DNA from: Sporomusa sp. | GTDB lineage: Bacteria > Bacillota > Negativicutes > Sporomusales > Sporomusaceae | Reading direction: 5' to 3' | Assembly: GCF_035561255.1 (NCBI RefSeq) | Contig: NZ_DATMXX010000086.1 | Location: forward strand, 1-58,320 | DNA: 58,320 nt | Shown: one piece after another, positions 19,627 through 29,677 of the stretch | Layout of the letters: the number at the start of each line of letters is the position of its first letter | Numbering within the stretch: position 1 is the first letter of the stretch | The notes under the pieces: model-generated | What the model was told of the DNA's origin: nothing | What the model saw: the letters and a program-made list of their open reading frames with translations, nothing else | Database searches by the model: none | Translations under genes and position numbers: made by a program

Positions 19627-20412
19627 ATGAAACAATATAACTCGATTCTGTTGGAGACAGAGGGCTCTGTTGCTTTAATCTGCTTTAACAGGCCTGCGCA
19701 GTTTAATGCGTTAAGTTATCAAATGATTGATGAGCTGGAAGCAGTTATCCAGGACATAGCCAATGATAAGGAAATCAAGGTTGCTGTATTCACCGGCAAA
19801 GGCAAAGCCTTTTGCGCCGGGGTGGATCTCAAAGATGCGGGAGATATTGCGAAACCAATTGACTCTTATTGGTTTCTTGCCAGATTGCAAAGCCTGTTTA
19901 ACAAGATGGCAAACCTTGAAATACCTACAATCGGCGCTATTAATGGTGTGGCTTTTGGCGGTGGTTTTGAAATGTCGCTGGCCTTTGATTTTCTGATCGC
20001 CGCTGAAAATGCTAAATTTAGCGTTCCTGAAATCAATGTGGGGGTTTTGCCTGGGGGCGGCGGCATGAGCAGGTTGCCCAAAAAGCTGGGGCTTTCGCTG
20101 GCTAAACGCCTGGTTTTACTGGGGGAGAGTCTAACAGCAGCAGAAGCCCACCACTTTGGTCTGGTCTATAAGGTTGTGAAGAGTGAAGACGTCGTAAATG
20201 AAGCAAAAAAAGTAGCGCAGGTTTTAGCCGGTAAACCGCAAATCAACGTAAAACTAGCCAAAAAGGTACTTGAAAAATCAGAACGTATGGGAACTTATGA
20301 TGCGATGGATTATGAAGCCCATGCAGCTGCCTTGCTCTATGACACGGAAGACCGGAAAGAAGGCATGCAGGCGTTTTTGGAAAAGCGGCAACCGGTCTTT
20401 CAAGGTAAATAA
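19627..20412 (+). CDS. Enoyl-CoA hydratase (crotonase family)
   Basis: AFCAGVDL, GGGFE, VPEINVG (both catalytic Glu present), EGMQAFLEKR. Confidence 0.92.
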   Translation: MKQYNSILLETEGSVALICFNRPAQFNALSYQMIDELEAVIQDIANDKEIKVAVFTGKGKAFCAGVDLKDAGDIAKPIDSYWFLARLQSLFNKMANLEIPTIGAINGVAFGGGFEMSLAFDFLIAAENAKFSVPEINVGVLPGGGGMSRLPKKLGLSLAKRLVLLGESLTAAEAHHFGLVYKVVKSEDVVNEAKKVAQVLAGKPQINVKLAKKVLEKSERMGTYDAMDYEAHAAALLYDTEDRKEGMQAFLEKRQPVFQGK

Positions 20413-20443
20413 GTTATCTTATAGGAAATGGGAGGAGAAGGTT

Positions 20444-21727
20444 ATGAAAAAGTGGGAAGATGTTAAGAAAGTACCGGCACCGGCGATAGCCCCGGCCTTT
20501 GGTCCTTTGTCGGGCATGAGGGTACTTACAACCGGTGGCCATCTCGCGATGCCCTATGCGGCTACGATGATGGCCGACTTTGGTGCTGAAGTGTTCTATA
20601 TCGAACGTCCCGGCGGCGGCGATCCTTATCGCCTATTCAGTCCGTTCCTTACTGGTGAGAATGGACAGAAGGTAGGTGCATCCTGGATACAGGACGCCAG
20701 AAACAGGCTAAGCATAACGTTAGAGACTAATTTAAAAGTAGCAGAAGCACGGGAAGTATTTTTTACCTTGATTAAAAACAGCGACGTTTGGATGGAAAAT
20801 GTGGTTTGGACCGATAAACTCGGAATTAAGGACGAGGATTTACTGAAGGTCAATCCGGCGCTGGTCATCATTCACATTAGCGGTTACGGGAAAGCCAAAT
20901 TCGGCGGCATCCCCGAACTCTGCGACCGGGGTTCCTTTGACGTCATTGGGCAGGCGGCCAGCGGCTGGCTAACCCTTAATGGCGATCCCGATGGTCCGCC
21001 CTCAAGAGGCAACCCCGGGTTAAATGATTATGTTTCGTCGATGTTTGCCGTCTTCGGTGCGCTTTCAGGCTACATCCATGCTCAGAAAACCGGACAAGGA
21101 CAAGTCATTGACGTAGCACAGTTTGAAGCACAGTCGAAATTCATTGCAGATTATGTCGTGTTGTGGGCCAACGAGGGAATTATGCGGAAAAGATCAGGGA
21201 ACAAGCAATTCAATGTGCAGCCGTATAACATCTTTAAGGCTAAAGATAAAGAAGTTGTGGTCGGGGTAGTTGGCCCTGCGGTATACGCCCGGTTTATCAA
21301 AGCAATGGATTTAGACCCTAACGTCTATAGCTTTGAGGCCTGCAGCTCCAGTCCGGAGGCCGTCGAATCTGAAGTCGGCCGTGAGCTTGATAGTATTCTC
21401 AGGAAGTGGATTTCTGAGCACACCGCCCAGGAAGTGGAAGAGCATATGTCCAAATTCAAAGTGCCGGCACAGGTAGTGGTTGATGCTGAGGATATTGTCA
21501 ACAGCAAACACTGGCTTGACCGGCAGGATATTATTGAGTATGAAGATCAGACGACCAAGAGAAAAGTCAAAGCTGTCGGTATTGTTCCCAAGATGGATAA
21601 GACCCCAGGCCAGGTATGGCGTGGCGCACCGGCGCTTGGTCAGGATACAGAAGCCATTCTTACCAAGGTCTGCGGTTATAGTGCGGAAGAGATTGCCGCT
21701 CTCCGGGAAAAAGGCATCATCTTATAG
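20444..21727 (+). CDS. Family III CoA-transferase (CaiB/BaiF-like)
   Basis: FGPLSGMRVL, ADFGAEVFYIE, catalytic Asp in NDYVSS, APALGQDT; GGAGGAG SD before ATG 20444. Confidence 0.9.
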   Translation: MKKWEDVKKVPAPAIAPAFGPLSGMRVLTTGGHLAMPYAATMMADFGAEVFYIERPGGGDPYRLFSPFLTGENGQKVGASWIQDARNRLSITLETNLKVAEAREVFFTLIKNSDVWMENVVWTDKLGIKDEDLLKVNPALVIIHISGYGKAKFGGIPELCDRGSFDVIGQAASGWLTLNGDPDGPPSRGNPGLNDYVSSMFAVFGALSGYIHAQKTGQGQVIDVAQFEAQSKFIADYVVLWANEGIMRKRSGNKQFNVQPYNIFKAKDKEVVVGVVGPAVYARFIKAMDLDPNVYSFEACSSSPEAVESEVGRELDSILRKWISEHTAQEVEEHMSKFKVPAQVVVDAEDIVNSKHWLDRQDIIEYEDQTTKRKVKAVGIVPKMDKTPGQVWRGAPALGQDTEAILTKVCGYSAEEIAALREKGIIL

Positions 21728-21777
21728 ATACTTGTTACAGAATAATCTGAATAAACAATTAGAATGGAGGTTGTGTC

Positions 21778-22911
21778 TTGGGATTTATTTTAGAAGAAGA
21801 TCATGAATTAATGCGGAAAATGGTACGGGGGTTCGCGGAAAAAGAACTAGCTCCCTATGCCAGGGAAATGGACATTACGGGTGAATTTCCCCCTGACATC
21901 CTAAAAAAGTGCGCCGAACTGAACCTTATGGGGCTTTCAGTAGCCGAAAAATATGGCGGAGCAGGTAGTGATTTGCTGACCCGGGTGATTGCTATTGAGG
22001 AGGTAGCCAGAGCAAACACGGCAGTAGCATTCGTTATAGGGTTACAGGGACCAGCTGAATGCTTGGAATATGCGGGAACTGAAGAACAAAAACAAAAATA
22101 TCTGGTTCCCCTGGCTACCGGTGAAAAATTGAGTGGCTTCGGCCTGACCGAGCCGGGGTCGGGTTCAGATGCTACCGCTATGCTGACTACCGCCGTGCGT
22201 GATGGCGACTCCTGGGTTCTAAACGGATCAAAGTGCTTTATCAGCAACGGCGGGGTTGCCGATATCTATGTAATATTTGCAAAAACCCCCCAGGAAGAGG
22301 GGGTCAGGGGTCCGAGTGCATTCATCCTGGAAAAAGGGACGCCTGGTTTTATTTTTGGTAAAAAAGAAGAGAAGATGGGCTTTAGTGCCTCTACTACCCG
22401 CGAATTAATTTTCCAGGACTGCCGGATACCTGCTGAAAATCTTTTGGGAAAAGTAGGTAAGGGAATGCATCTGGCCATGTACTCGTTTGATCAGGGGCGT
22501 ATTTGTTGTGCTGCTATGGCCATTGGTCTCACACAGGCCAGTCTGGAGGCTGCCGTAACCTATGCGAAACAGCGCAAGACTTTTGGTAAACCAATTGCCG
22601 AACATCAGCAGATTGCATTTTATATCGCTGAAATGGCCACCAAGCTGGAAGCAGCCCGTTCCCTGACTTACCGTGCGGCATCCCTGTATGATGCCGGTCA
22701 GCCAGTCGGCAAAGAATCGGCTATGGCCAAGTATTATGCCACTGAAGTTGCCGTATGGTGCACTGACAAGTGCATGCGGATTCATGGCGGCTACGGTTAT
22801 ATGAAAGAGTATCCGATTGAACGGTACCTGCGGGAAGCCCGTCTGCTGATTATTGCCGATGGCACGACGGAGATTCAGAAGGTCGTCGTTAGCAGGATGG
22901 TACTGGGATAG
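21778..22911 (+). CDS. Acyl-CoA dehydrogenase/enoyl-CoA reductase
   Basis: FGLTEPGSGSDA, NGSKCFISN, IHGGYGY, IADGTTEIQ. Confidence 0.92.
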   Translation: MGFILEEDHELMRKMVRGFAEKELAPYAREMDITGEFPPDILKKCAELNLMGLSVAEKYGGAGSDLLTRVIAIEEVARANTAVAFVIGLQGPAECLEYAGTEEQKQKYLVPLATGEKLSGFGLTEPGSGSDATAMLTTAVRDGDSWVLNGSKCFISNGGVADIYVIFAKTPQEEGVRGPSAFILEKGTPGFIFGKKEEKMGFSASTTRELIFQDCRIPAENLLGKVGKGMHLAMYSFDQGRICCAAMAIGLTQASLEAAVTYAKQRKTFGKPIAEHQQIAFYIAEMATKLEAARSLTYRAASLYDAGQPVGKESAMAKYYATEVAVWCTDKCMRIHGGYGYMKEYPIERYLREARLLIIADGTTEIQKVVVSRMVLG

Positions 22912-22935
22912 AAATAGTTAGACGGAGGCGAATAG

Positions 22936-23721
22936 ATGGAAATCGTAGTATGTGTCAAGCAGGTTCCTGACACCACCGAAGTAAAAATTGATCCGGCAAC
23001 CAACACCCTCATCCGGCAGGGTGTACCAAGTATCGTCAACCCGTTTGACAAGAATGCCATCGAAGCGGCTTTGCAGCTAAAGGAAAAGCATGGCGGCAAA
23101 GTCACCGTGCTATCAATGGGACCGCCGCAAGCCAGGGATGCCCTGAAAGAATGCCTGGCGATGGGCGCCGATACGGCAATTCTCATTAGTGACCGGGCTT
23201 TTGGCGGAGCCGATACGCTGGCTACCAGCTACACCCTGGCAGCGGCCATTCGCAGGCTCGGTATCTATGATGTAATCATCTGCGGCAAACAAGCCATTGA
23301 CGGCGACACTGCCCAGGTAGGGCCGGAAACTGCGGAACACCTGGGTGTAGCCCAGGTTACCTATGTCGCCAAAATCGATATTGACGGCAACACTGCCCGG
23401 GTCGAACGCGAACATGAAGATGGTTATGAGGTTATCGAAGTCAAGCTGCCTGTTTTAATCTCTGTGGTCAAATCTATCAATGAACCGCGATATCCTTCGA
23501 TGAAAGGGACGATAAAGGCCAATCGCACCGAAATTCCTGTGTGGACGGCGGCAGACCTTGACGTGAAAGCAGAGCGGCTTGGCCTTACAGGCTCGCCTAC
23601 ACAAGTACAGAAAATATTTACTCCACCCCGGCGCGTTCAAGGTGTGCTCATCCAACGGGACACGGCGCGGGAAGCTGTGTCCGAGCTGCTCCAAAGACTG
23701 TCTGACGCAAAAATTGTTTAA
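22936..23721 (+). CDS. etfB: Electron transfer flavoprotein beta subunit
   Basis: VCVKQVPDT, SDRAFGGADTLATS, GKQAIDGDTAQVG. Confidence 0.95.
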   Translation: MEIVVCVKQVPDTTEVKIDPATNTLIRQGVPSIVNPFDKNAIEAALQLKEKHGGKVTVLSMGPPQARDALKECLAMGADTAILISDRAFGGADTLATSYTLAAAIRRLGIYDVIICGKQAIDGDTAQVGPETAEHLGVAQVTYVAKIDIDGNTARVEREHEDGYEVIEVKLPVLISVVKSINEPRYPSMKGTIKANRTEIPVWTAADLDVKAERLGLTGSPTQVQKIFTPPRRVQGVLIQRDTAREAVSELLQRLSDAKIV

Positions 23722-23738
23722 GTCGGGGGGAACGAAAA

Positions 23739-24932
23739 GTGTCTGTAAAAGTAATAGATGAGTGCATAGGTTGCGGCGCTTGTGAAGCCGGGTGCCCGTT
23801 CGGGGCCATTGTTATGCAGGACGGAAAAGCCAATATCACGGAAACCTGTACCCAGTGCGGTGCCTGCATTGACAGCTGCCCAGTGGGAGCTATTATCCGT
23901 GATGCAGAAGCTAAAGTAGTGACTATGGACAAAAACCAATATAAAAATGTTTGGGTGTATGTTGAAGCCGGGGACGGAAAACCACGCAACGTTGGCCTTG
24001 AATTGCTGGGTGAAGGCCGTAATTTAGCTGATGCCATGGGCCAAAGCTTAGCAGGAGTACTCATCGGTGATCATGTCGGGGACTTAGCTAAGGAGGTGCT
24101 TGCCGCAGGAGCAGATCAGGTCTATGTAGTGGAAGCGCCTGAGCTAGCCCAGTATAACACTGACGGCTATACCGCTGTACTTACCGATCTGATTGGAACT
24201 TACAAGCCATCGGTTATCCTGCTTGGTGCGACTAACGACGGGCGTGACCTCGGGCCGCGAGTCGCCTGCCGCGTAGGGACCGGCCTCACCGCCGACTGCA
24301 CCGGCCTTGGCATCGATACGGCAACCGGGCTGGTGGCCTGGACCCGGCCGGCCTTCGGGGGCAATATTATGGCCACCATACTGTGCCCGGAACACCGGCC
24401 ACAGATGGGTACTGTCCGGCCGTCGGTGTTCAAACGCCCGGTTCCTGACTACCGGCGAGTCGGCGATATCATCCGCGTAGCCAGCAAAGTCCAGGCCGCC
24501 AGCATTCGGACCAAAATCATCGACATAGTTCGTGTTTGTACCACAGCCTGTAATCTGGAAGAAGCTGAGATCATTGTAGCTGGGGGACGTGGACTGGGAA
24601 AAATGGAAAATTTCTGCCTGGTGGAAGATCTGGCTAACGTCCTGGGCGCAGCAGTGGGCGCATCGCGGGCAGCAGTGGATGCCGGCTGGAAACCGGCGTT
24701 GCATCAGGTCGGCCAGACTGGCAAAACAGTAGGGCCGAAGATCTACTTTGCCTGCGGCATCTCCGGCGCCATTCAGCATCTGGCCGGGATGTCATCTTCG
24801 GACATCATCATCGCCATTAACAAGGACCCTGATGCGCCGATCTTTACTATGGCCGACTTCGGCATCGTTGGCGATGTGGTGGAAGTTCTGCCGATACTGA
24901 CTAAGGAATTCAAGAAGATAAAATCTAGTTGA
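23739..24932 (+). CDS. etfA: Electron transfer flavoprotein alpha subunit with N-terminal 2[4Fe-4S] ferredoxin
   Basis: Two CxxCxxCxxxCP motifs, RPAFGGN, QVGQTGKTV, GISGAIQHLAGM. Confidence 0.95.
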   Translation: MSVKVIDECIGCGACEAGCPFGAIVMQDGKANITETCTQCGACIDSCPVGAIIRDAEAKVVTMDKNQYKNVWVYVEAGDGKPRNVGLELLGEGRNLADAMGQSLAGVLIGDHVGDLAKEVLAAGADQVYVVEAPELAQYNTDGYTAVLTDLIGTYKPSVILLGATNDGRDLGPRVACRVGTGLTADCTGLGIDTATGLVAWTRPAFGGNIMATILCPEHRPQMGTVRPSVFKRPVPDYRRVGDIIRVASKVQAASIRTKIIDIVRVCTTACNLEEAEIIVAGGRGLGKMENFCLVEDLANVLGAAVGASRAAVDAGWKPALHQVGQTGKTVGPKIYFACGISGAIQHLAGMSSSDIIIAINKDPDAPIFTMADFGIVGDVVEVLPILTKEFKKIKSS

Positions 24933-24956
24933 AGAAGCGTCATGGTGCAATAGATT

Positions 24957-26147
24957 ATGAAAGGATCACAAAAAATGGAATTGAATAATTTGCGGATGCA
25001 TGCCAGAGATTTGGAGTGTTTGCGAGCATTTTTTCAAATCATCAGCCATTCTTTTGCCGAGGGAGCCTGTTTCCTTACTTCAGATCTTGACAAAGTAACT
25101 TTTAAATCGGCAGACAGATTTGATATCCCGGGTACAGAGCCGGGTACACCGAACAGGAAAGGCACCCTCACCGACGAGACTATCCAGACCGGGAAAATCG
25201 TCGTTCGTAACCTGGACGGCGGCGTATATGGCCTGGGTATCAGAATCCGGGCCCTGGGCATACCGGTCTGGGATGACAGTGATACCAAGGTAATCGGCAC
25301 CTGGGGGTTGGCTGTACCCCAGCAGCATAAGATTGTTCAGGCGTTCGATTTTTTCGCGCCGGTTCTGACCGAGCAATTATCAGAGGGTGGATTTTTGTGT
25401 GTGACCAATAAGGATTGTTGCGTCAAAAGGCAGGGGTCTAAGAAATTCGACATGGAGCAAATCCAGGTTGGCACACCAAACCGCGACGGCAGCGTTTCTG
25501 CGCAAGCCATCAAACAAAAGAAATTGGTCATTCAAGAGGTCGATTCGTCGCTCTATGGTTTCCCGGTCCTTTCTGCCGCTACCCCGCTGCTTGATGAAGC
25601 AACCGGTGAGGTGATGGGAACCTTCGTCCTGGTATTGCCCCGCAAATTGGCAAATGATCTTAAAGAGTTTGCCCGGTCACTGGAACAGGGGTTAACAGGT
25701 GTAGCTGCCTCCATGCAGCAGATTGCTGCGGCAACGAATGATATATGCAGTAATCAGAACCATCTTCATCAGGAAATTGATCTGGTAAAAGGGCAATTGG
25801 AACAAATCAACCAGGTTATGGCGTTTATCAAAACGATTGCCGATGAAACGAAAATGCTGGGTCTGAATGCGGCCATTGAGGCTGCCCGGGTTGGCGATGC
25901 CGGTAGAGGGTTTGGCGTTGTGGCAGAAGAAATTCGCAAGCTGTCGGAAGAGTCCAAACAAACGGTTAAGCAAATCAAAGATCTGACTTTGAAAATTGAA
26001 AAATCAATGAATGAGACCGCGCATGACTCCCAGGCTACGCTCGCGGTGGTCGAAGAAACCTCGGCAGCCATCCAGGAAGTAAATGCCACTATTGAAGAGA
26101 TTACCAGTCTGTCAACCCAGCTGTCAAATACAGCCTCAAGCCTGTAG
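24957..26147 (+). CDS. Soluble methyl-accepting chemotaxis protein with tandem sensor domains
   Basis: [29 protein letters not shown]; no TM segments. Confidence 0.88.
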   Translation: MKGSQKMELNNLRMHARDLECLRAFFQIISHSFAEGACFLTSDLDKVTFKSADRFDIPGTEPGTPNRKGTLTDETIQTGKIVVRNLDGGVYGLGIRIRALGIPVWDDSDTKVIGTWGLAVPQQHKIVQAFDFFAPVLTEQLSEGGFLCVTNKDCCVKRQGSKKFDMEQIQVGTPNRDGSVSAQAIKQKKLVIQEVDSSLYGFPVLSAATPLLDEATGEVMGTFVLVLPRKLANDLKEFARSLEQGLTGVAASMQQIAAATNDICSNQNHLHQEIDLVKGQLEQINQVMAFIKTIADETKMLGLNAAIEAARVGDAGRGFGVVAEEIRKLSEESKQTVKQIKDLTLKIEKSMNETAHDSQATLAVVEETSAAIQEVNATIEEITSLSTQLSNTASSL

Positions 26148-26247
26148 GGGGAGGGCAATTACTACAGGTAATCTCAGAATAAAGCTTGATCAGGTTTGTC
26201 GAGGCGATCTGGTAAAACTAGCTAAGAAATATCGGAGGAGAGATAAA

Positions 26248-27384
26248 ATGGCTAAAGACACTATGACTGCGGAAGAACGAATTGTTGCATCAATCAATCT
26301 TCAGCCGGTGGACCGGGTATGTTGTGCGCCGCTGATCGAACAATATGCCGGGCAATACGCCGGGATTACTAACAGGGAATTTCTCTGGGACTGGGATAAG
26401 TGCATGGCGGCTATCGATAAAGTCAAGGAAGCATATCCTATTTGGGATAGCAACGCCTATATGCAGCAACTGCGCTACGGTCCGGTGGCAAAGGTGGTCG
26501 GCTCCATGCGGTGCAAATACCCGGGCGTGGACCTGCCTGACAATGCCCAGTACCAGATGATTGAAATTGAGGCATTAACCCGCGACGACTATACATTATT
26601 AGCAGAAAAAGGGTTTATGGAATATCGGATGACATTCCTGGAACGGGCCCATAACAAAACCCGGGAAGAAGTACTGGCCGGATTACAAGAACTGGCAAGG
26701 CTGCGCCAGGCTGAACTGGAGGCCACGCAGCGCCGCGGTCAAAGCGCAACCTGGGCCTCGTGGGCCGGTCTTACACCCTTTGATGCTTTTTCGATGATGC
26801 GGTCTATCGAAAAATTTTTTAAAGATATGTACCAAATAGGCAGTCAACTGGAGCAGTTAATGTGGACCTGCAATGATGCAGCAGTTGACGCAGCCGTAAA
26901 AGGGGTGGAGGCAACCGGAATTAACCGGGTATTCTACGGTGGCGTCAGATGCAGCGGGCAGTTTATCGCCAAGAAAAATTTTGAACGGTTTGCCTGGCCC
27001 TATTTGAAAGATATTATCAACCGGTTGGCCGAAAGAAATATTGTACCCATACTCCATTTTGACTCCGACTGGACTGAGAATCTGGAATATTTTCTGGAAT
27101 TGCCGCAAGGGAAATTTGTGCTGGAGCTTGATAGTACGACCAACATATTTAAAGCATACGAAATCCTGAGAGGTCACTGCTCGATTAAGGGAGACGTAGC
27201 CCCGGCACTGTTTACAGTGGCCTCGCCCAGTGAGATGGATGAGTATTGCAAGAAGTTACTCACTACATTCCGCAATGGCGAAGGGCTGATTTATTCCTCT
27301 GGTTGCACGCTGCCAATGAACGCCAGACATGAGAATGTGAAAGTGTTCTTTGATGCGGTGGAAAAATACGGTCGCTATAATTAA
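26248..27384 (+). CDS. Uroporphyrinogen decarboxylase/MtaA-CmuA family protein
   Basis: MTAEERI...PVDRV, FERFAWPY, LHFDSDW, IKGDV, SSGCTLP; GGAGG SD before ATG 26248. Confidence 0.85.
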   Translation: MAKDTMTAEERIVASINLQPVDRVCCAPLIEQYAGQYAGITNREFLWDWDKCMAAIDKVKEAYPIWDSNAYMQQLRYGPVAKVVGSMRCKYPGVDLPDNAQYQMIEIEALTRDDYTLLAEKGFMEYRMTFLERAHNKTREEVLAGLQELARLRQAELEATQRRGQSATWASWAGLTPFDAFSMMRSIEKFFKDMYQIGSQLEQLMWTCNDAAVDAAVKGVEATGINRVFYGGVRCSGQFIAKKNFERFAWPYLKDIINRLAERNIVPILHFDSDWTENLEYFLELPQGKFVLELDSTTNIFKAYEILRGHCSIKGDVAPALFTVASPSEMDEYCKKLLTTFRNGEGLIYSSGCTLPMNARHENVKVFFDAVEKYGRYN

Positions 27385-27405
27385 CGATTGAAAGAGGGTA
27401 ATGAT

Positions 27406-28881
27406 ATGAAACAGACAAAAAAGTGGCTGACGGTTGTACCTTTAGCTTTAATGTCCGTCGTAATGACAGGCACACCGGTGTTGCCCACTACCGTTTATGC
27501 GGCTACGATCCAATCTTTCAGTGATGTTGCCGCCAATCACTGGGCCTATGATGCCGTGGCGAAACTAGCTAAAGCCGGGCTGGTCGACGGCTATACCGAC
27601 AAATCCTTCCAGGGTGACAAGACGTTAAGCCGGTATGAGTTCGCAATTATTGTTACCAAAGCAATGGATAAGTTTGATAAAGCCGATGACGCCAACAAGC
27701 AACTGATTGATAAACTGTCGATTGAATTTGCTACCGAACTTAACCGTTTGGGCGCACGGATGGCCAAAGTGGAAAGTAAGACCAACACCTGGGTTAGTGG
27801 CGAAACAAGGCTCCGCTATTTGGGAAATGACCCCAAAGCAGGCGGAACAAAGCTGCACGGATCGGACAGCTTTGATTTCCGACAACGCGTCAAATTACAG
27901 GGAACTATTAATGATGATGTTTCCTGGATCGCCCGGTTATCGGCCACCGGTAAAGCCGGCAATTACAATAATGGTAATGACGGAAGTAATGCTTCTTTTG
28001 ACATCTTAGCTGTTAATGCTAATAACGTTCTCGGCCTGGATAAAGTCCGGATCGGTCGTTTCCCGTATGATAGTTTTAGCCATGGCTTGTTTAGTAAGGC
28101 AATCGGCGTGGACGGCGTTCGTGTCGATAAGAACTTGGGCGATATCTTATTTACCGGTTCAGTGAATAATGTCAGGGGGAATACCAATCAAGGCACCGGT
28201 ACAGGTGACAGTGGCGATGCGAACACTGTCACCACCGCTCAGTTCTCGGGAAAAACAGGCGATTCAGTGGGCTGGAAGGCTGGTTATTACTGGTCTGATA
28301 ACCCCGGTACAGGTAATCTCAGCGGTACCGGCAACACCAACACCGGCATCTTTGGTACTACCACTACTGCTGCGACGATATTTACGCAAGCCACCGGCTG
28401 GAATCTCGGCTTTGACGCTAAATTGGGCAATGTCATGTTGATCGGTGATTATCTGTCTACAAGCCTTAAGCATGCGGCCACCGGTCTTCCTGACAACCCG
28501 AAAGGCTGGGCGGTGGAACTTACCAACGCTACTAAGATGCCGCCCGTTTTTTACGGGGGCAAGCTCCTTGTAGATGCTAAGAAAGTAGGGGATTTTGGCT
28601 GGTCGGTGTCCTATCGCAGCATTGATGCCGGTGCCATTCCGAACGGTGCCGGCGGCTTTGATGCCCAGGCAGTCAGTTATGGCGGGGATCCCTACTCAAC
28701 CGTTGCTAAAGGGAGTGATAATATTAAAGGCCTGTTCGTGGCGCTGCAAAGCACAATAAGTAAAAACATAATCTGGACCATTGAGGGACAAGACTTGAAT
28801 ATTAAGAATAGAAACCTGACAAACCTGGCTTCCGGTGATCTGGGCAAAACCTACATGACGAAATTTGAGTTCTTCTATTAA
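27406..28881 (+). CDS. SLH-domain outer-membrane porin (OmpM-like)
   Basis: Signal peptide, FSDVAANHWAYDAV...GY.D..F.G...SRYE, coiled coil, beta-barrel ending in FEFFY. Confidence 0.88.
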   Translation: MKQTKKWLTVVPLALMSVVMTGTPVLPTTVYAATIQSFSDVAANHWAYDAVAKLAKAGLVDGYTDKSFQGDKTLSRYEFAIIVTKAMDKFDKADDANKQLIDKLSIEFATELNRLGARMAKVESKTNTWVSGETRLRYLGNDPKAGGTKLHGSDSFDFRQRVKLQGTINDDVSWIARLSATGKAGNYNNGNDGSNASFDILAVNANNVLGLDKVRIGRFPYDSFSHGLFSKAIGVDGVRVDKNLGDILFTGSVNNVRGNTNQGTGTGDSGDANTVTTAQFSGKTGDSVGWKAGYYWSDNPGTGNLSGTGNTNTGIFGTTTTAATIFTQATGWNLGFDAKLGNVMLIGDYLSTSLKHAATGLPDNPKGWAVELTNATKMPPVFYGGKLLVDAKKVGDFGWSVSYRSIDAGAIPNGAGGFDAQAVSYGGDPYSTVAKGSDNIKGLFVALQSTISKNIIWTIEGQDLNIKNRNLTNLASGDLGKTYMTKFEFFY

Positions 28882-28935
28882 ACTAAACGTATAACTAGAA
28901 CAGCTGCAAGTACGCCCACTCTTTATCTATAAATC

Positions 28936-28969
28936 CAAATGACTCTCCGATTAATCGGGGAGTCATTTG
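28936..28969. terminator. Hairpin ending the catabolic operon
   Basis: CAAATGACTCTCCGA-TTAA-TCGGGGAGTCATTTG. Confidence 0.75.
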
Positions 28970-28973
28970 TGAA

Positions 28974-28998
28974 GACGAGGGGACGGTGGTTGTGTCTT
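28974..28998. repeat. Dispersed REP-like repeat, copy 2
   Basis: GACGAGGGGACGGTGGTTGTGTCTT, reverse complement of 11473-11497 at 23/25. Confidence 0.7.
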
Positions 28999-29112
28999 GG
29001 GAGTTTTCTCTGAGAGAATCCTCTTTATGGTAATAATTTGCTGTCAGAAGAAAAGTTGTCCGAGTTTTTTAGGACAAATAGGTGTTGGCGAACGGGAACT
29101 AGCAGTTAAACT

Positions 29113-29359
29113 TTGGAGAAAGTTCATTTATCTGCAGGCTGTTTGTAGCGTTACCCCTGCGAGCTAAGTGGCGGTGAAAAGCAGCGGGTTGTCTTATCTC
29201 TTTATTTCGCATGATCTTAGTACCGTTAATTTTATGAGTCAACAAATGCTGGTTATGCAGTACGGTCAAATGGTTGATTTATGTGAGGGAAAAGACCTGT
29301 TTGCACCAGAGCGTCACGTCTACACCAAACAGTTATTGGAACTTTTTTCTGGAAATTAA
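29113..29359 (+). pseudogene. Remnant of an oligopeptide/nickel ABC ATPase
   Basis: LEKVHLSAGCL*RYPCELSGGEKQRV joined out of frame to GLSYLFISHDL...HVYTKQLL; internal stop, Walker B region deleted. Confidence 0.8.
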
Positions 29360-29497
29360 GCTAACTAGAGTATAAATTGTGTCTGATTGAGGTCAATAAA
29401 TGCATTGGAAAAGGAGAGTTAGTGGCTTGAGTCAGCAAGATTGCTTTAATTGTTACCAAGCTATTACCGCCTTGGCGGATAAATAGCTGAACAGTGG

Positions 29498-29528
29498 AAA
29501 CCAGCACTAAGGCGAGTGCTGGTTTTTT
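29498..29528 (+). terminator. Intrinsic terminator
   Basis: AAACCAGCACT-AAGGCG-AGTGCTGGTTTTTT. Confidence 0.75.
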
Positions 29529-29677
29529 CCTATTTTAGAATGGTTTAATCTATTACTATGCAGTTACACCAAGTAACCCGAGAGCTATGCAGGGCTTTGT
29601 ATTACTTTTACAGAATAATAAATCAATGCTACTATTTGTAGCAAGGCAATTAACATAAAAAGGTAAGGAGGAACCCT

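Noticed and set aside
24144-24779. 211-aa antisense ORF, and the many other short overlapping ORFs such as 39001-39534 and 35519-35956
   Set aside because: Shadows of well-supported genes on the opposite strand or frame, with no recognisable motifs
17667-24932. Assignment as the cai/fix carnitine or fld phenyllactate operon
   Set aside because: No CaiT/CaiC/FixCX and no FldBC/FldI; the dehydrogenase active-site pattern differs, so the substrate cannot be called
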